This document shows, piece by piece, positions 20,865 to 31,494 of a stretch of DNA of 64,000 bases. Both the position numbers and the translations under genes were made by a program. Origin of the DNA: Candidatus Eiseniibacteriota bacterium (GTDB lineage Bacteria; Eisenbacteria; RBG-16-71-46; CAVPCR01; CBDCWB01); the NCBI GenBank assembly GCA_965223205.1, contig CBDCWB010000021.1, forward strand, positions 377 through 64,376, given 5' to 3'. Position 1 is the stretch's first letter, and every line of letters begins with the position of its first letter. A model generated the notes under the pieces. It worked only from the letters and a program-made list of their open reading frames with translations. It ran no database searches and was not told where the DNA came from.

Positions 20865-21527
20865 TTGGCTTGTGCCGTGACCACGCCGCCCCATCGGCCG
20901 AAGATCTATCACATCGTCCATGTGGACAACCTGGCCGGTATCGTCCAGGAAGGCGGGTTGCTTTCCGATCGAGAGATTCTCGCGCACGGTGGGCCACAGC
21001 GAACGATTGGCCTATCTGAGATCAAGCGTCGCCGAGTCAATGAGCTCGACGTGGAGTGCCAACCGGGCACCAAGGTTGGGGACTACGTACCATTCTATTT
21101 CTGCCCACGGTCGATCATGCTGTTCGTGATCCACTGCGCAAACCACCCGGAGTTGGACTACCGAGGCGGACAAGAGCCGATCGTTCACCTCGAGGCGGAC
21201 TTGTACGTGGTCGTGGAGTGGGCTGAGGCCAGGAGAATTCGTTGGGCATTCTCTCTCTCCAACGCTGGCGCCTACTATACTGAGTTCCGAAGGAGCGTGG
21301 AGGAACTGAACCGTCTCGACTGGGTTGCCATCGCTGCGAGGGACTTCCGTAGCCCGGATGTGAAGGAAGGCAAGCAAGCCGAGTTTCTGCTGCACGAGCG
21401 ATTTCCGTTCGATCTAATCGAGAGGATCGGTGTGCGATCAACTGTTATTCAGGAGCGTGCAACTGCTGCTATCGCGGATGCGCGCGATCGGCCCGTGATC
21501 AAGGTCCGGCGAGATTGGTACTTTTGA
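20865..21527 (+). CDS. darT: DarT DNA ADP-ribosyltransferase toxin (DUF4433)
   Basis: IYHIVHVDNL, DYVPFYFCPRSIML, FSLSNAG, KQAEFL; adjacent macrodomain gene. Confidence 0.9.
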   Translation: MACAVTTPPHRPKIYHIVHVDNLAGIVQEGGLLSDREILAHGGPQRTIGLSEIKRRRVNELDVECQPGTKVGDYVPFYFCPRSIMLFVIHCANHPELDYRGGQEPIVHLEADLYVVVEWAEARRIRWAFSLSNAGAYYTEFRRSVEELNRLDWVAIAARDFRSPDVKEGKQAEFLLHERFPFDLIERIGVRSTVIQERATAAIADARDRPVIKVRRDWYF

Positions 21528-21541
21528 ACTGCGGTGCTCAG

Positions 21542-22591
21542 ATGATCGAATACAAGACAGGCGACATACTGGCGGAAGACGTTGAGGCCATGGTCAACAC
21601 GGTCAATTGTGTCGGCTTCATGGGGCGCGGCATCGCGCTCCAGTTTAAGAAGGCATGGCCCGAGAACTTCAAAGCCTACGCCGCAGCTTGCCGTAGGCGC
21701 GAGGTGCAGCCGGGGCGCATGTTCGTGTATGAAACGGGGCGGTTAACTCCTCCACGTTTCATTATCAACTTTCCCACTAAGCGCCACTGGCGGGGCAAGT
21801 CCCGAATCGAGGACATCGAAGCGGGGCTGGAGGCGCTAGTAGTGGAGATTCGTGCGCGCGGCATTCGTTCGATCGCGGTTCCCCCGTTGGGCGCCGGCCT
21901 AGGTGGACTCGACTGGGCAGAAGTCCGCGCTCGAGTCGAGCGTGCCATGGAAGACCTCGTCGAGGTGACGGTCGTGGTATTCGAGCCGCACCGCGCCTTC
22001 ACGCCAAGTAGACCTCGCCGAACCGCGAAAGTGCCCGCGATGACACCCGGCCGGGCAGCCTTGGTGGGATTGATGGACCGTTACCTTGCGGGTCTCCTCG
22101 ACCCATTCGTCTCGTTGCTTGAGTTGCATAAGCTGATGTACTTCATGCAGGAAGCCGGTGAGCCGCTTAGGCTCCGCCTCGCGAAAGGACCGTTCGGACC
22201 CTACGCCGAGAACTTGCGACACGTCCTGGGAGAGATAGACGGCTACTACGTCTCAGGTTACGGGGATGGTGGAGACGCGCCCGACAAGATCGTTGAACTT
22301 GTGCCCGGGGCAGTCGAGGACGCCCGTGCCATGCTTGCCGAACGCCCGGAGACCCAGGAGCGATTCGATCGTGTCGCGAAGCTTGTGAAAGGATTCGAGT
22401 CTCCGTTCGGTCTTGAGCTCCTTGCCACTGTGCACTGGGTCATGAAGCACGAGGGAACAATCTCGGAAGAGGACGTTGTCGCGCGCACCCTCGAGTGGGG
22501 CGAGCGCAAGCGACGGTTCTCCCGACAGCAGATTTTGATCGCGCGGCGCGTACTGTGTGACAGCGCTTGGCTACCGATTCAGAGTAACTAG
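21542..22591 (+). CDS. darG: DarG macrodomain antitoxin
   Basis: VNTVNCVGFMGRGIALQFK, INFPTKRHWR, PPLGAGLGGLDW, GFESPFGLELLATVHW. Confidence 0.92.
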   Translation: MIEYKTGDILAEDVEAMVNTVNCVGFMGRGIALQFKKAWPENFKAYAAACRRREVQPGRMFVYETGRLTPPRFIINFPTKRHWRGKSRIEDIEAGLEALVVEIRARGIRSIAVPPLGAGLGGLDWAEVRARVERAMEDLVEVTVVVFEPHRAFTPSRPRRTAKVPAMTPGRAALVGLMDRYLAGLLDPFVSLLELHKLMYFMQEAGEPLRLRLAKGPFGPYAENLRHVLGEIDGYYVSGYGDGGDAPDKIVELVPGAVEDARAMLAERPETQERFDRVAKLVKGFESPFGLELLATVHWVMKHEGTISEEDVVARTLEWGERKRRFSRQQILIARRVLCDSAWLPIQSN

Positions 22592-22599
22592 GCTGGCTA

Positions 22600-22725
22600 C
22601 AGAGTACTCGGATACGGCATACCCGGGCCACAACCACGGCGCCGCCTGGCCCTGAGATCTGACAACGGACTGATCTTCCTGGCCAGATCTTACCGTCGTA
22701 CCGTCAAGGACTACGGTTTACGCAA
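22600..22725 (+). pseudogene. Short IS3-type integrase-core fragment
   Basis: Reads LALRSDNGLIFLARSYRRTVKDYG. Confidence 0.55.
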
Positions 22726-22735
22726 AGCAGTACCA

Positions 22736-23491
22736 ATGCTCACTCACCCTACACTCGAGAAACTCCACGCACTCAAGTTCACCGGCATGGCGTTGGCGCT
22801 CGAGGAACAGCTGCGCACCCCGGAGGTTGACCAGCTGCGTTTCGAAGAGCGCCTCGGATTGCTGGTTGATCGTGAGGCGCTGGTGCGAGACAACCGGAGG
22901 CTGAAGACTCGGCTTCGCAAGGCAAAGCTCTCGCAGCTTGCGTGCGTCGAAGATATCGACTACCGCCACCCCAGAGGGCTCGATCGGTCGCTCATGCAGA
23001 GCCTGATTGACGGTGGCTGGATTCGCAATCACCACAACCTGCTGATCACCGGCAAAACCGGGGTCGGCAAGAGCTGGCTGGCCTCGGCTCTTGCCCACAA
23101 GGCGTGTCGGGACGGCTTCACAGCCGTCTACGTGAGGCTCCCGAGGATGTTCAGCGAGTTCGAGCTGGCGCGCAGCGACGGCAGCTACACACGTTTGCTC
23201 GCCACCTACGCGCGCACCGATGTGCTGGTGCTCGACGACTGGGGGCTGACACCGATGGCTGACGTCAATAGGCGGGACCTGGTGGAGATCCTCGAAGACC
23301 GCCACACTCGACGCTCAACGATCGTCACCAGCCAGCTCGACGTCGAAACCTGGCACGACTACATAGGGGATCTGACCCTGGCTGACGCCATCCTCGATCG
23401 GCTCGTGCACAACGCCCACAGAATCGCCTTGAAGGGGGAGTCGATGCGCAAGAAAAACGCGGCCTTGACACTCGAGGAGGTCTCAGGCTAG
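22736..23491 (+). CDS. istB: IS21-family (IS408-like) IstB
   Basis: GKTGVGKSWLA, LVLDDWGL, ADAILDRLVHNAHRIALKGESMRK. Confidence 0.93.
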   Translation: MLTHPTLEKLHALKFTGMALALEEQLRTPEVDQLRFEERLGLLVDREALVRDNRRLKTRLRKAKLSQLACVEDIDYRHPRGLDRSLMQSLIDGGWIRNHHNLLITGKTGVGKSWLASALAHKACRDGFTAVYVRLPRMFSEFELARSDGSYTRLLATYARTDVLVLDDWGLTPMADVNRRDLVEILEDRHTRRSTIVTSQLDVETWHDYIGDLTLADAILDRLVHNAHRIALKGESMRKKNAALTLEEVSG

Positions 23492-23529
23492 GAGTCTACT
23501 CAAACCACCTGCGGTGACTCGGTTCGGCT

Positions 23530-23621
23530 GTCCGCCTTCGCCTGGAATCGATGGCCGCCTTCGCCTGGAATCGCTGTCCGGCTTGCTCTGGAATCGGTGT
23601 CCGGCATCCGTGGAATACGCA
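23530..23621 (+). mobile_element. IS21/IS408-like right end with ~22 bp internal repeats
   Basis: Repeated TGGAATCG units ending GGAATACGCA, the inverted match to TGCGTATTCC at 32956. Confidence 0.85.
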
Positions 23622-24300
23622 CTCGATGATCGCGATCACGTTGCCGTTGCCATCGTGAGCAAACTCGACCGAAGCCTCCGACGCCAGGTGATCCACCTTC
23701 GTCAACCGACTCGTCCCGGCCTCATGCAGGTAGCTGAAGTGGTTCCCGTAGGGGCGCTCCACGCCGGTACGAGTTCCCGTGTCATCGTACTCGAACGTCA
23801 TGCTGGCGTCTGCATCAAACACCACGCTCTTCAGTCGACCCAACCCGTCCGGAAAATATGTGGTGGTGGCGAGGTTGTCGGTCGTCCGCTGGTGCATCGA
23901 CGCGTTCGGATAGTAGGAGAAGCTCTCTGAGAATACCGCGGCGCCGTCGCTGTCAACCTGATGGGTCGCCACCCGACGCCGATCCCTTCTTGGCGAAACA
24001 CCTTGGAAACGCGCCCGCGATCGTCGTAGCGGTACTCAAGCGCCAAGCTGCTGCCCGGGTACTCAAGCTCAACCGCCTCGTCGAGCCAATCTTGCCCAAC
24101 GTCTACGTCTTGCACGAGATAGTTCGACCCCGCACCTACCCCCTTCCACGTCGCGGTCTTCTCGAAAGTCACGTGCCCGGACGTGTCATACCAAAAGTCC
24201 CTGCGGGCTTCCCGCCAAGCGAGCCCGGCGACTAACCTGAGCAAGGCGACCCTCCGTGTTCGTGCCAACGCCGGTGTCATAGCTGTACCAACCCGGCGGA
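23622..24300 (-). pseudogene. Rhs core fragment with internal deletions, cut by IS21 end
   Basis: Near-identical to parts of the Rhs core at ~40030-40810. Confidence 0.85.
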
Positions 24301-24308
24301 CGACTCCT

Positions 24309-25064
24309 CTACGTAGTCTCCACATCGCTGCGGAACTGTGCATACGATCGTTTTATGTCATCACAATCCGGAAATACTGAAATCGCACGCTGATACCAGT
24401 TTTCAGCCTCGTCAGTACGATCCATTCTCCAGAGTGCATTCGCCAAGAAAGCCATAGCCCAGCCATCTTCAGGGTTTAGCTCAATAGCTTTGCGAAGCGC
24501 CGCAATTGCTTCACATAATGTGTCGTTGTTTGCCGCCAGTTCTCTCCCCAGTGCCTGCCATGCCAATGCGTAGCTCTCATCCCTTTCAATCGCCGCACGA
24601 AAGTAGCCGATAGCTTCCTCTTGAGACAAATGGCGTGTTGCCTCGCCAAGAAGGTAATAACCTTCCTCAAAAGACGGATCCTCAGCAATTGCTCGCTTCG
24701 AGGCGCTCCTCGCCGATTCGTAATCGCCGAGCTGAAGGTACACATCCGCCAAAAAGCAAAATCCATGTGCGCGCGGATTATCAGCAACGCTGTCATTAAT
24801 CAACGCGATACCTTCATCTGACTTTCCCGCGTTGACATATGCACTTCCCAGTCGCAATCTAAGGTCGCTCTTCGGCAACAGCTTTGCGGCCTTCTCATAA
24901 GCACGGACAACTTCATTCGGCAGTTCGTATTTTTCGTCCACGAAGTCGCCATACTCAAGCCAAACGGCGCCGTCGTCCGGATCATCGCGAAGCCTGGCAT
25001 GGTAAACAGCCAATTGCTGCGCCACTGGATCATTTCTATCTGCGGGGTTAGAAGTCATCGCCAT
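24309..25064 (-). CDS. TPR-repeat putative immunity protein
   Basis: Tandem TPR-like units (AIAEDPSFEEGYYLLG, AIELNPEDGWAMAFLA); overlaps the toxin stop; lower GC. Confidence 0.7.
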   Translation of the reverse strand: MAMTSNPADRNDPVAQQLAVYHARLRDDPDDGAVWLEYGDFVDEKYELPNEVVRAYEKAAKLLPKSDLRLRLGSAYVNAGKSDEGIALINDSVADNPRAHGFCFLADVYLQLGDYESARSASKRAIAEDPSFEEGYYLLGEATRHLSQEEAIGYFRAAIERDESYALAWQALGRELAANNDTLCEAIAALRKAIELNPEDGWAMAFLANALWRMDRTDEAENWYQRAISVFPDCDDIKRSYAQFRSDVETT

Positions 25065-26934
25065 CTGCATCCGTAAGGTCACGCTGTTTCGACTTTTGTT
25101 TACTCTCGATCGAACGTTGTTTCGGCCTCTTCGCACCTTCCCAGTCCGAGTCAGCGTCTTTGCCTTTTGTTTTTGGACGTCGCTTCTTTGCGAGATCCTG
25201 TGCTTCCGTGAGTTCCTCGTAGTTTTGGCCCTTTACCTTTGGTGTTTTCTTTGCGGCATCAGCACCTTCGTGCGTATCTCCGTCCGGCGTCGCATCACCG
25301 CCGCCCTCCAGCAAGCTTAGCATCAAATCACTGACCAGCTCCCTAGCTTGAGGCGACACCGTTGCCGCCGCGAGCACGGCACCTCCCAACACCGCGGCGG
25401 CCGTAAGACCGGCTGGGTTGGCCAGGAAGGGACCAAGCAATGGCGCAACAGCGGCGGGGAACTCCCCCGTCGGATCCATCCAATCCAAAGGATTGTTGCG
25501 CGCATACGCGTAAGGATGAAGCCGGAGAGGATCCGCAAGCAGTTTCCTCTCCGGCGCCCTCAGAAGGATCGGATCCAATGCTCCAAAGCGCCCGTACCTG
25601 GCCATGTTGAAACGAGCGCCTTGACGCGTGAACCCTCCAAGCTCCTGCTCGCCCTTGTGGTGACGAAACGGCTGATCGTAACGGCCGGATTCGAGTCGCC
25701 TAGGCTCACCAAACGGAAAGTAGTCAATCCGCTGCATCACGCTGCCGTCAGCATTGGTTACCGCACGGACGCTCCCCTGCTCATCGACGTGACAATGTTG
25801 GATTAAGCCCCCATCGTCCACCGTGCCGAACAACCGCCCATCCGCGTACAGATACCGCTGCTTCTCAGTACCGTCGTTTTCGAAGAGACCAAGGAGCTTC
25901 CCGTCCCGGCGCAGCGCGATCGTTGCATCGACCACATCATCCACGGCGCTGTTCGTTCGCAGCTCCAAGCACGGCTCGCCCTCACCGTCCAGAAAGCTCT
26001 CTTTCGCAATCAAGTTGTCGCTCGTGGCCAGCGACTGACGCACCACGCGGTTGTCGTGCGAGTACCAGAAATAGTGTGACCGGATGCCACGCGATCCTAC
26101 GTGCTCGTTGATCGCGATCACGTTGCCGTTGCCATCGTGGGCAAACCCGACCGAAGCCTCCGACGCCAAGTGATCCACCTTCGTCAACCGACTCGTCCCG
26201 GCCTCATGCAGGTAGCTGAAGTGATTCCCGTAGGGGCGCTCCACGCCGGTACGAGTTCCCGTGTCATCGTACTCGAACGCCATGCTGGCGTCTGCATCGA
26301 ACACCACGCTCTTCAGACGACCCAGTGCGTCCGGGAAATATGTGGTCGTGGCGAGGTTGTCGGTCGTCCGCTGGTGCATCGACGCATTCGGATAGTAGGA
26401 GAAGCTCTCTGAGAACACGGCGGCACCGTCGCTGTCAACCTGATGGGTCGCCACTCGACCCCGATCCGTATAGGTGAGCGTCGTCTGTGGATTGCCAAGG
26501 CCCCCTTGATCCGCGAAGAGGAGTTCTTTCAGGCGGTCATCATCGAAATAGTCAAGCTCGAGAATCTGGTCGAGGCCCAGCCCTTCTTGCCGAAACACCT
26601 TGGAAGCGCGGCCTCGATCGTCGTAGCGGTACTCAAGCGCCAAGCTGCTGCCCGGATACTCAAGCTCAATCGTCTCGTCGAGCCAATCTTGCCCAACGTC
26701 TACGTCTTGCACGAGATAGTTCGATCCCGCGCCAACCCCCTTCCACGTCGCGGTCTTCTCGAAAGTCACGTGCCCGGACGTGTCATACCAAAAGTCCCTA
26801 ATGAAGTGCGGGCTTCCCGCCCCGCGGGCCCGGCGACCAACCTGAGCAAGGCGACCCTTGTCATTGCCCATTGGCAGCGCACGGAGACATGCGTCAGAAC
26901 CTCGTGCGCAACCCCGGGCGTCGTTCCGCACCAT
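25048..26934 (-). CDS. Orphan Rhs core plus C-terminal toxin (Lys/Asp-rich, unassigned)
   Basis: YFPFGE, ARNNPLDWMDPTGE cleavage motif; toxin begins after GADAAK. Confidence 0.85.
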   Translation of the reverse strand: MVRNDARGCARGSDACLRALPMGNDKGRLAQVGRRARGAGSPHFIRDFWYDTSGHVTFEKTATWKGVGAGSNYLVQDVDVGQDWLDETIELEYPGSSLALEYRYDDRGRASKVFRQEGLGLDQILELDYFDDDRLKELLFADQGGLGNPQTTLTYTDRGRVATHQVDSDGAAVFSESFSYYPNASMHQRTTDNLATTTYFPDALGRLKSVVFDADASMAFEYDDTGTRTGVERPYGNHFSYLHEAGTSRLTKVDHLASEASVGFAHDGNGNVIAINEHVGSRGIRSHYFWYSHDNRVVRQSLATSDNLIAKESFLDGEGEPCLELRTNSAVDDVVDATIALRRDGKLLGLFENDGTEKQRYLYADGRLFGTVDDGGLIQHCHVDEQGSVRAVTNADGSVMQRIDYFPFGEPRRLESGRYDQPFRHHKGEQELGGFTRQGARFNMARYGRFGALDPILLRAPERKLLADPLRLHPYAYARNNPLDWMDPTGEFPAAVAPLLGPFLANPAGLTAAAVLGGAVLAAATVSPQARELVSDLMLSLLEGGGDATPDGDTHEGADAAKKTPKVKGQNYEELTEAQDLAKKRRPKTKGKDADSDWEGAKRPKQRSIESKQKSKQRDLTDADGDDF

Positions 26935-26975
26935 CCCGCCGTGCGAACCTCGTGATCGAGCGGAACCAAGTAAGG

Positions 26976-27416
26976 TCAGCTGCCGTAGACAGCGAATTCA
27001 ACAGTCAAACCCAAGCGGGCGACCTCCGCTATTGTCTTGTCGCTAATCGAGAACGCGAGTTCATCTTTCACACCGAAAACACCAACAAACAAGTCCATAC
27101 GAAACCCCTCTTGCTTGAGCTTCTGCAGCGCCAACTCCTTTCCCCGCAATCTCTTGACAATCGTTCGAATATGCTTGTCTACACTAGAGTCAGGGCGAGC
27201 GCTGGACTCAAGAACCCACAACCCCTCCGAGAAAGCACTGTAGCTGCGCCCCGAAGATGCTACGCGTTCATCTCCCTTTCGGTGGCTTTGATCGGGTGCA
27301 ACTTCCAGTGCCGCCGAAACCTGCTCCGGCAACAATGTCTCGCCCATCACTCTGAAGCACGCCGTGGCCCTCGAGTTCGCTCGCCCACCATCACCATAAA
27401 TCTCGCTAACCGTCAT
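26976..27416 (-). CDS. DUF4279-type putative immunity protein
   Basis: FRVMGETLLPEQVSAALEVAPDQSHRKGD, GLWVLES, ARLGLTVEFAVY. Confidence 0.75.
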   Translation of the reverse strand: MTVSEIYGDGGRANSRATACFRVMGETLLPEQVSAALEVAPDQSHRKGDERVASSGRSYSAFSEGLWVLESSARPDSSVDKHIRTIVKRLRGKELALQKLKQEGFRMDLFVGVFGVKDELAFSISDKTIAEVARLGLTVEFAVYGS

Positions 27417-28161
27417 TGAGATTCCCAATCACCTCGCCAGTCTCAGGCGCGATGACGTCTCCCGTTTCCAAATCGAACGCCACATCATCCCCTCCACCAC
27501 CTCGCCCCGCTGTCTTTTTGATCTTGTGCAACGCTTCACTCGCCTTGTTTTCATCAAGACCAAGTTCCTTGACCGCTTGCCCGAAGGCACCCTTTCCAGT
27601 CGCGATCCGAAACGCTGTGGCGGTTCCGCCACCGTCACCCGTGCTGACGCTTGCTCCACTCTCCAGCAGTCTTAGCGTCAAATCACTGATCAACTCCCTA
27701 GCTTGAGGCGACACCGTTCCCGCCGCGAGCACGGCACCTCCCAACGCCGCGGCGGCCGTAAGACCGGCCGGGTTGGCCAGGAAGGGACCAAGCAATGGCG
27801 CAACAGCCGCGGGAAACTCCCCCGTCGGATCCGTCCAATCCAGAGGATTGTTGCGCGCGTAAGCGTAAGGATGAAGCCGGAGCGGATCCCCAAGCAGTTT
27901 CTTCTCCGGCGTCCTCAGGAGGATCGGATCCAATGCACCAAGGCGACCGTACCTAGCAATGTTGAAGCGAGCACCCTGGCGGGTGAACCCGCCAAGCTCC
28001 CGCTCGCCCTTGTGGTGCCGAAACGGCTGGTCGTAACGGCTGGACTCCAGTCGCCTAGGCTCGCCAAACGGGAAACAGTCAATCCGCTGCATCAAGCTGC
28101 CGTCTGCATGAGTTACCGCACGGACGCTCCCCTCTCCATCGACGTGGCAGTGCTGGATCAA
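27406..28161 (-). CDS. Short orphan Rhs core end plus toxin
   Basis: NNPLDWTDPTGE; CT ALHKIKK...DVAFDLETGDVIAPETGEVIGNL resembles small predicted nuclease toxins. Confidence 0.8.
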   Translation of the reverse strand: MIQHCHVDGEGSVRAVTHADGSLMQRIDCFPFGEPRRLESSRYDQPFRHHKGERELGGFTRQGARFNIARYGRLGALDPILLRTPEKKLLGDPLRLHPYAYARNNPLDWTDPTGEFPAAVAPLLGPFLANPAGLTAAAALGGAVLAAGTVSPQARELISDLTLRLLESGASVSTGDGGGTATAFRIATGKGAFGQAVKELGLDENKASEALHKIKKTAGRGGGGDDVAFDLETGDVIAPETGEVIGNLNDG

Positions 28162-28164
28162 GCC

Positions 28165-28330
28165 CCCACCGCGCTGGCCAGCGAGGCGCGTCTACAGTGC
28201 GCTCGGTGCGGCCGTGCAGACTGAGCTCGTCGCCAACAGGTCCGGCACGGCAAAGTGTGTGATCGATCACGCCAGCAGCGAGGCGTTCCAGAACGTGCCG
28301 ACCGTCCGCGCCAAGTTCTGCAACAATCCT
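28165..28330 (+). pseudogene. Diverged fragment of the first ORF of the 58261-61416 transposon
   Basis: Aligns by eye with 58500-58655 (CARCG...HQVRH...VPxVRxKFC). Confidence 0.6.
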
Positions 28331-28365
28331 CGCGGTACCCAGCAACGAAAAAAACGCCGAGTGCG

Positions 28366-28965
28366 CTACCGCCGCTTCGACCGGTAGCGGCACGTCACGA
28401 GGACGCCATCAGAAACACAGGTCCCGTCACGCATGGCGAACTCGGGGATCTTCACCGCCGCTCTGGTACCCGCAACCTCCTGCAGCTCGCCATGCTCTGC
28501 GAACCACCTGTTGAGGGCAGCCTCGGCAACGTCCTTCCGCTCGGCTCGAACCTCGAGGATCCCCTCATCGGCACGGTCATCAAGTACCCATCGATCGCGA
28601 TCGTCTCCGCTGCTCCCTGACCATCGTGACCACGCCTGCCGGCCGCGCTCCGTGATCTGGTACCAGAGACCGACTTCGTCGATCGCAACCTCTCTCGCAG
28701 TTGCTTGAGGAAGCCACAGATTGTACTCCCGCCTCGCCCGCTCGTAGTCGGCCGCGATAGGGACACGGAAAGCTCCGTCTGGCTCCATCTGCCGCGAGTG
28801 AACGAGTTGTCCATCCTCCAAACGCCGAAGTGCATCGAAGGCGCCATCCACATCCGTTTCCGCGTGACCCAAGTGACGGGAGAGGTCGTAGTACAAGGCA
28901 GCGAAGGAAGACTCGCCGTCCACCAGAAGGTCGAGGACGTGCGCATCGAGCTCTTCGAGAGGCAC
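28366..28965 (-). CDS. Putative immunity protein
   Basis: GTG a few bases after the toxin stop; acidic; LWYQITERGR suggests a winged-helix-like fold. Confidence 0.6.
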   Translation of the reverse strand: MPLEELDAHVLDLLVDGESSFAALYYDLSRHLGHAETDVDGAFDALRRLEDGQLVHSRQMEPDGAFRVPIAADYERARREYNLWLPQATAREVAIDEVGLWYQITERGRQAWSRWSGSSGDDRDRWVLDDRADEGILEVRAERKDVAEAALNRWFAEHGELQEVAGTRAAVKIPEFAMRDGTCVSDGVLVTCRYRSKRR

Positions 28966-28969
28966 GCGT

Positions 28970-31045
28970 CTAACTCCCGAACTTCGAGTACGTTCGAAAC
29001 GTCTCGTGCAGGATCTCCCCGCCACGAGTGATGGTGTGCCGGATGATCTGCTCACCGGTCTCGGCGTTCTTGAAGACCTCCTCGATACTGGTCCCGCCCC
29101 GATACGCGCGTCCCGTGGCTTGCTCAGCGTGGGCGGACACCCGCCCCCACTGACCCCTCCCAGATCCGATCGTCTCCTGGAGGCTCTGAACCGATCGCCC
29201 GAAGGCGGTTGATGCTCCTCGTGCGGCGCTTGCTCCGCCTTTTGCGGCATCGACAGCGTTCGCAGCCCGGCCTGCCTTGATGGCCGCTGCCGCCCCCGCC
29301 GGAACCCCAGGCGCTGCAGCCGCGACAGCATCGAATGCCAAGCCTGTTAAATCGAGGAGGGCACCCACGACATTGCCAGATGATACGTTGGCCACGAAGC
29401 TTGCAGCGCCAGCGGCCACGTTCGCAAAGTCCCAAGGCGACTCGACGAACTTCCCACTCGGATCCATCCAATCCAAAGGATTGTTGCGCGCGTAAGCGTA
29501 AGGATGAAGCCGGAGAGGATCCGCAAGCAGTTTCTTCTCCGGCGCCCTCAGCAGGATCGGATCCAATGCACCAAAGCGACCGTACCTGGCAATGTTGAAA
29601 CGAGCACCCTGGCGGGTGAATCCGCCAAGCTCCTGCTCGCCCTTGTGGTGACGAAACGGTTGATCGTAACGGCCGGATTCGAGTCGCCTAGGCTCACCAA
29701 ACGGGAAGTAGTCAATCCGCTGCATCACGCTGCCGTCAGCATTGGTTACCGCACGGACGCTCCCCTGCTCATCGACGTGACAATGTTGGATTAAGCCCCC
29801 ATCGTCCACCGTGCCGAACAACCGCCCATCCGCGTACAGATACCGCTGCTTCTCAGTACCGTCGTTTTCGAAGAGACCAAGGAGCTTCCCGCCCCGGCGC
29901 AGCGCGATCGTTGCATCGATCACATCATCCACGGCGCTGTTCGTTCGCAGCTCCAAGCACGGTTCGCCCTCACCGTCCAGAAAGCTCTCTTTCGCAATCA
30001 AGTTGTCGCTCGTGGCCAGCGACTGACGCACCACGCGATTGTCATGCGAGTACCAGAAGTAGTGTGACCGGATGCCACGAGACCCAACGTGCTCGTTGAT
30101 CGCGATCACATTGCCGTTGCCGTCGTGAGCAAACCCGACCGAAGCCTCCGACGCCAAGTGATCCACCTTCGTCAACCGACTCGTCCCGGCCTCATGCAGG
30201 TAGCTGAAGTGATTCCCGTAGGGGCGCTCCACGCCGATACGAGTTCCCGTGTCATCGTACTCGAACGTCATGCTCGCGTCTGCATCAAACACCACGCTCT
30301 TCAGACGACCCAACCCGTCCGGGAAATATGTGGTGGTGGCGAGGTTGTCGGTCGTCCTCTGGTGCATCGACGCATTCGGATAGTAGGAGAAGCTCTGAGA
30401 ATACCGCGGTGCCGTCGCTGTCAACCTGATGGGTCGCCACCCGACCCCGATCCGTATAGGTGAGCGTCGTTTGTGGATTGCCCAAGCCCCCTTGATCCGC
30501 GAAGAGGAGGTTCTTTCAGGCGGTCATCATCGAAATAGTCAAGCTCGAGAATCTGGTCGAGGCCCAGCCCTTCTTGCCGAAACACCTTGGAAGCGCGGCC
30601 TCGATCGTCGTAGCGGTACTCAAGCGCCAAGCTGCTGCCCGGATACTCAAGCTCAATCGTCTCGTCGAGCCAATCTTGCCCAACGTCTACGTCTTGCACG
30701 AGATAGTTCGATCCCGCGCCCACCCCTTTCCACGTCGCGGTCTTCTCGAAAGTCACGTGCCCGGACGTGTCATACCAAAAGTCCCTAGTGAAGTGCGGGC
30801 TTCCCGCCCCGCGGGCCTGGCGACTAACCTGAGCAAGGCGACCCTCCGTGTTCGTGCCAACGCCCGTGTCATAGCTGTAGGACACGATCGGATCATGATT
30901 CAGGGGCGCCTCCGGGTAGCTTGCGTCCTCCGGCTGCAGCTGGGCTTGTGTCACACCCGACAACACGCCCCGCTCAACCTCCCGGCCCCGCTCATCGTAC
31001 TTGTAGTACGTCCACTCGTTCACCGCGGCACTTTGCCGTCTATCC
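28970..31045 (-). pseudogene. Orphan Rhs core (frameshifted upstream) plus toxin
   Basis: NNPLDWMDPSGK, distinct hydrophobic segment, DAAKGG, then CT HAEQAT...SIEEVFKNAETGEQIIRHT...HETFR. Confidence 0.85.
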
Positions 31046-31049
31046 GAAG

Positions 31050-31110
31050 GAACCGCTAGGGCATCAACACAACTTCACCGACTATGCGCGGGTTTACGCC
31101 ACCGTCAACA
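31050..31110. mobile_element. Isolated IS21-type end
   Basis: GCGCGGGTTTACGCCACCGTCAACA closely matches the element end at 51867-51891. Confidence 0.6.
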
Positions 31111-31199
31111 CCCCAATGTCTCGCTCCTCAAGCGACGTCCTGGGTCCGGTTCCTCCCTTGTAGGTCGCCCCGCTCTTTCGTTACGCGCATAGCTGGGCA

Positions 31200-31480
31200 A
31201 GGAGATCGGCACATCCAGCGCCATCGTCGGTCGCTACGAGCGCAGCGAGATGACCCCCTCCATCGAGGTCGCCCTCAAGATCGCTCGCGCCTTTCGCGTC
31301 ACCCTCGACGCCCTCGTCGCCGACTCCAAGCTACCTGACGTGCTCGGCGATCAGGCCATGCTCGAGCGCTGGCAGGCACTCGACGCGCTGCCCCAGGGCG
31401 AGCGGCAGCGCATCCTCGACGTCCTCGACAGCCTCATCCGCGACGCGCAGGCCAGGATCGCATACGCCAAACCGGGATAG
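31200..31480 (+). pseudogene. XRE-type HTH regulator, 5'-truncated
   Basis: IVGRYERSEMTPSIEVALKIARAFRVTLDALV. Confidence 0.65.
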
Positions 31481-31494
31481 AGTCTGGAGACCCC

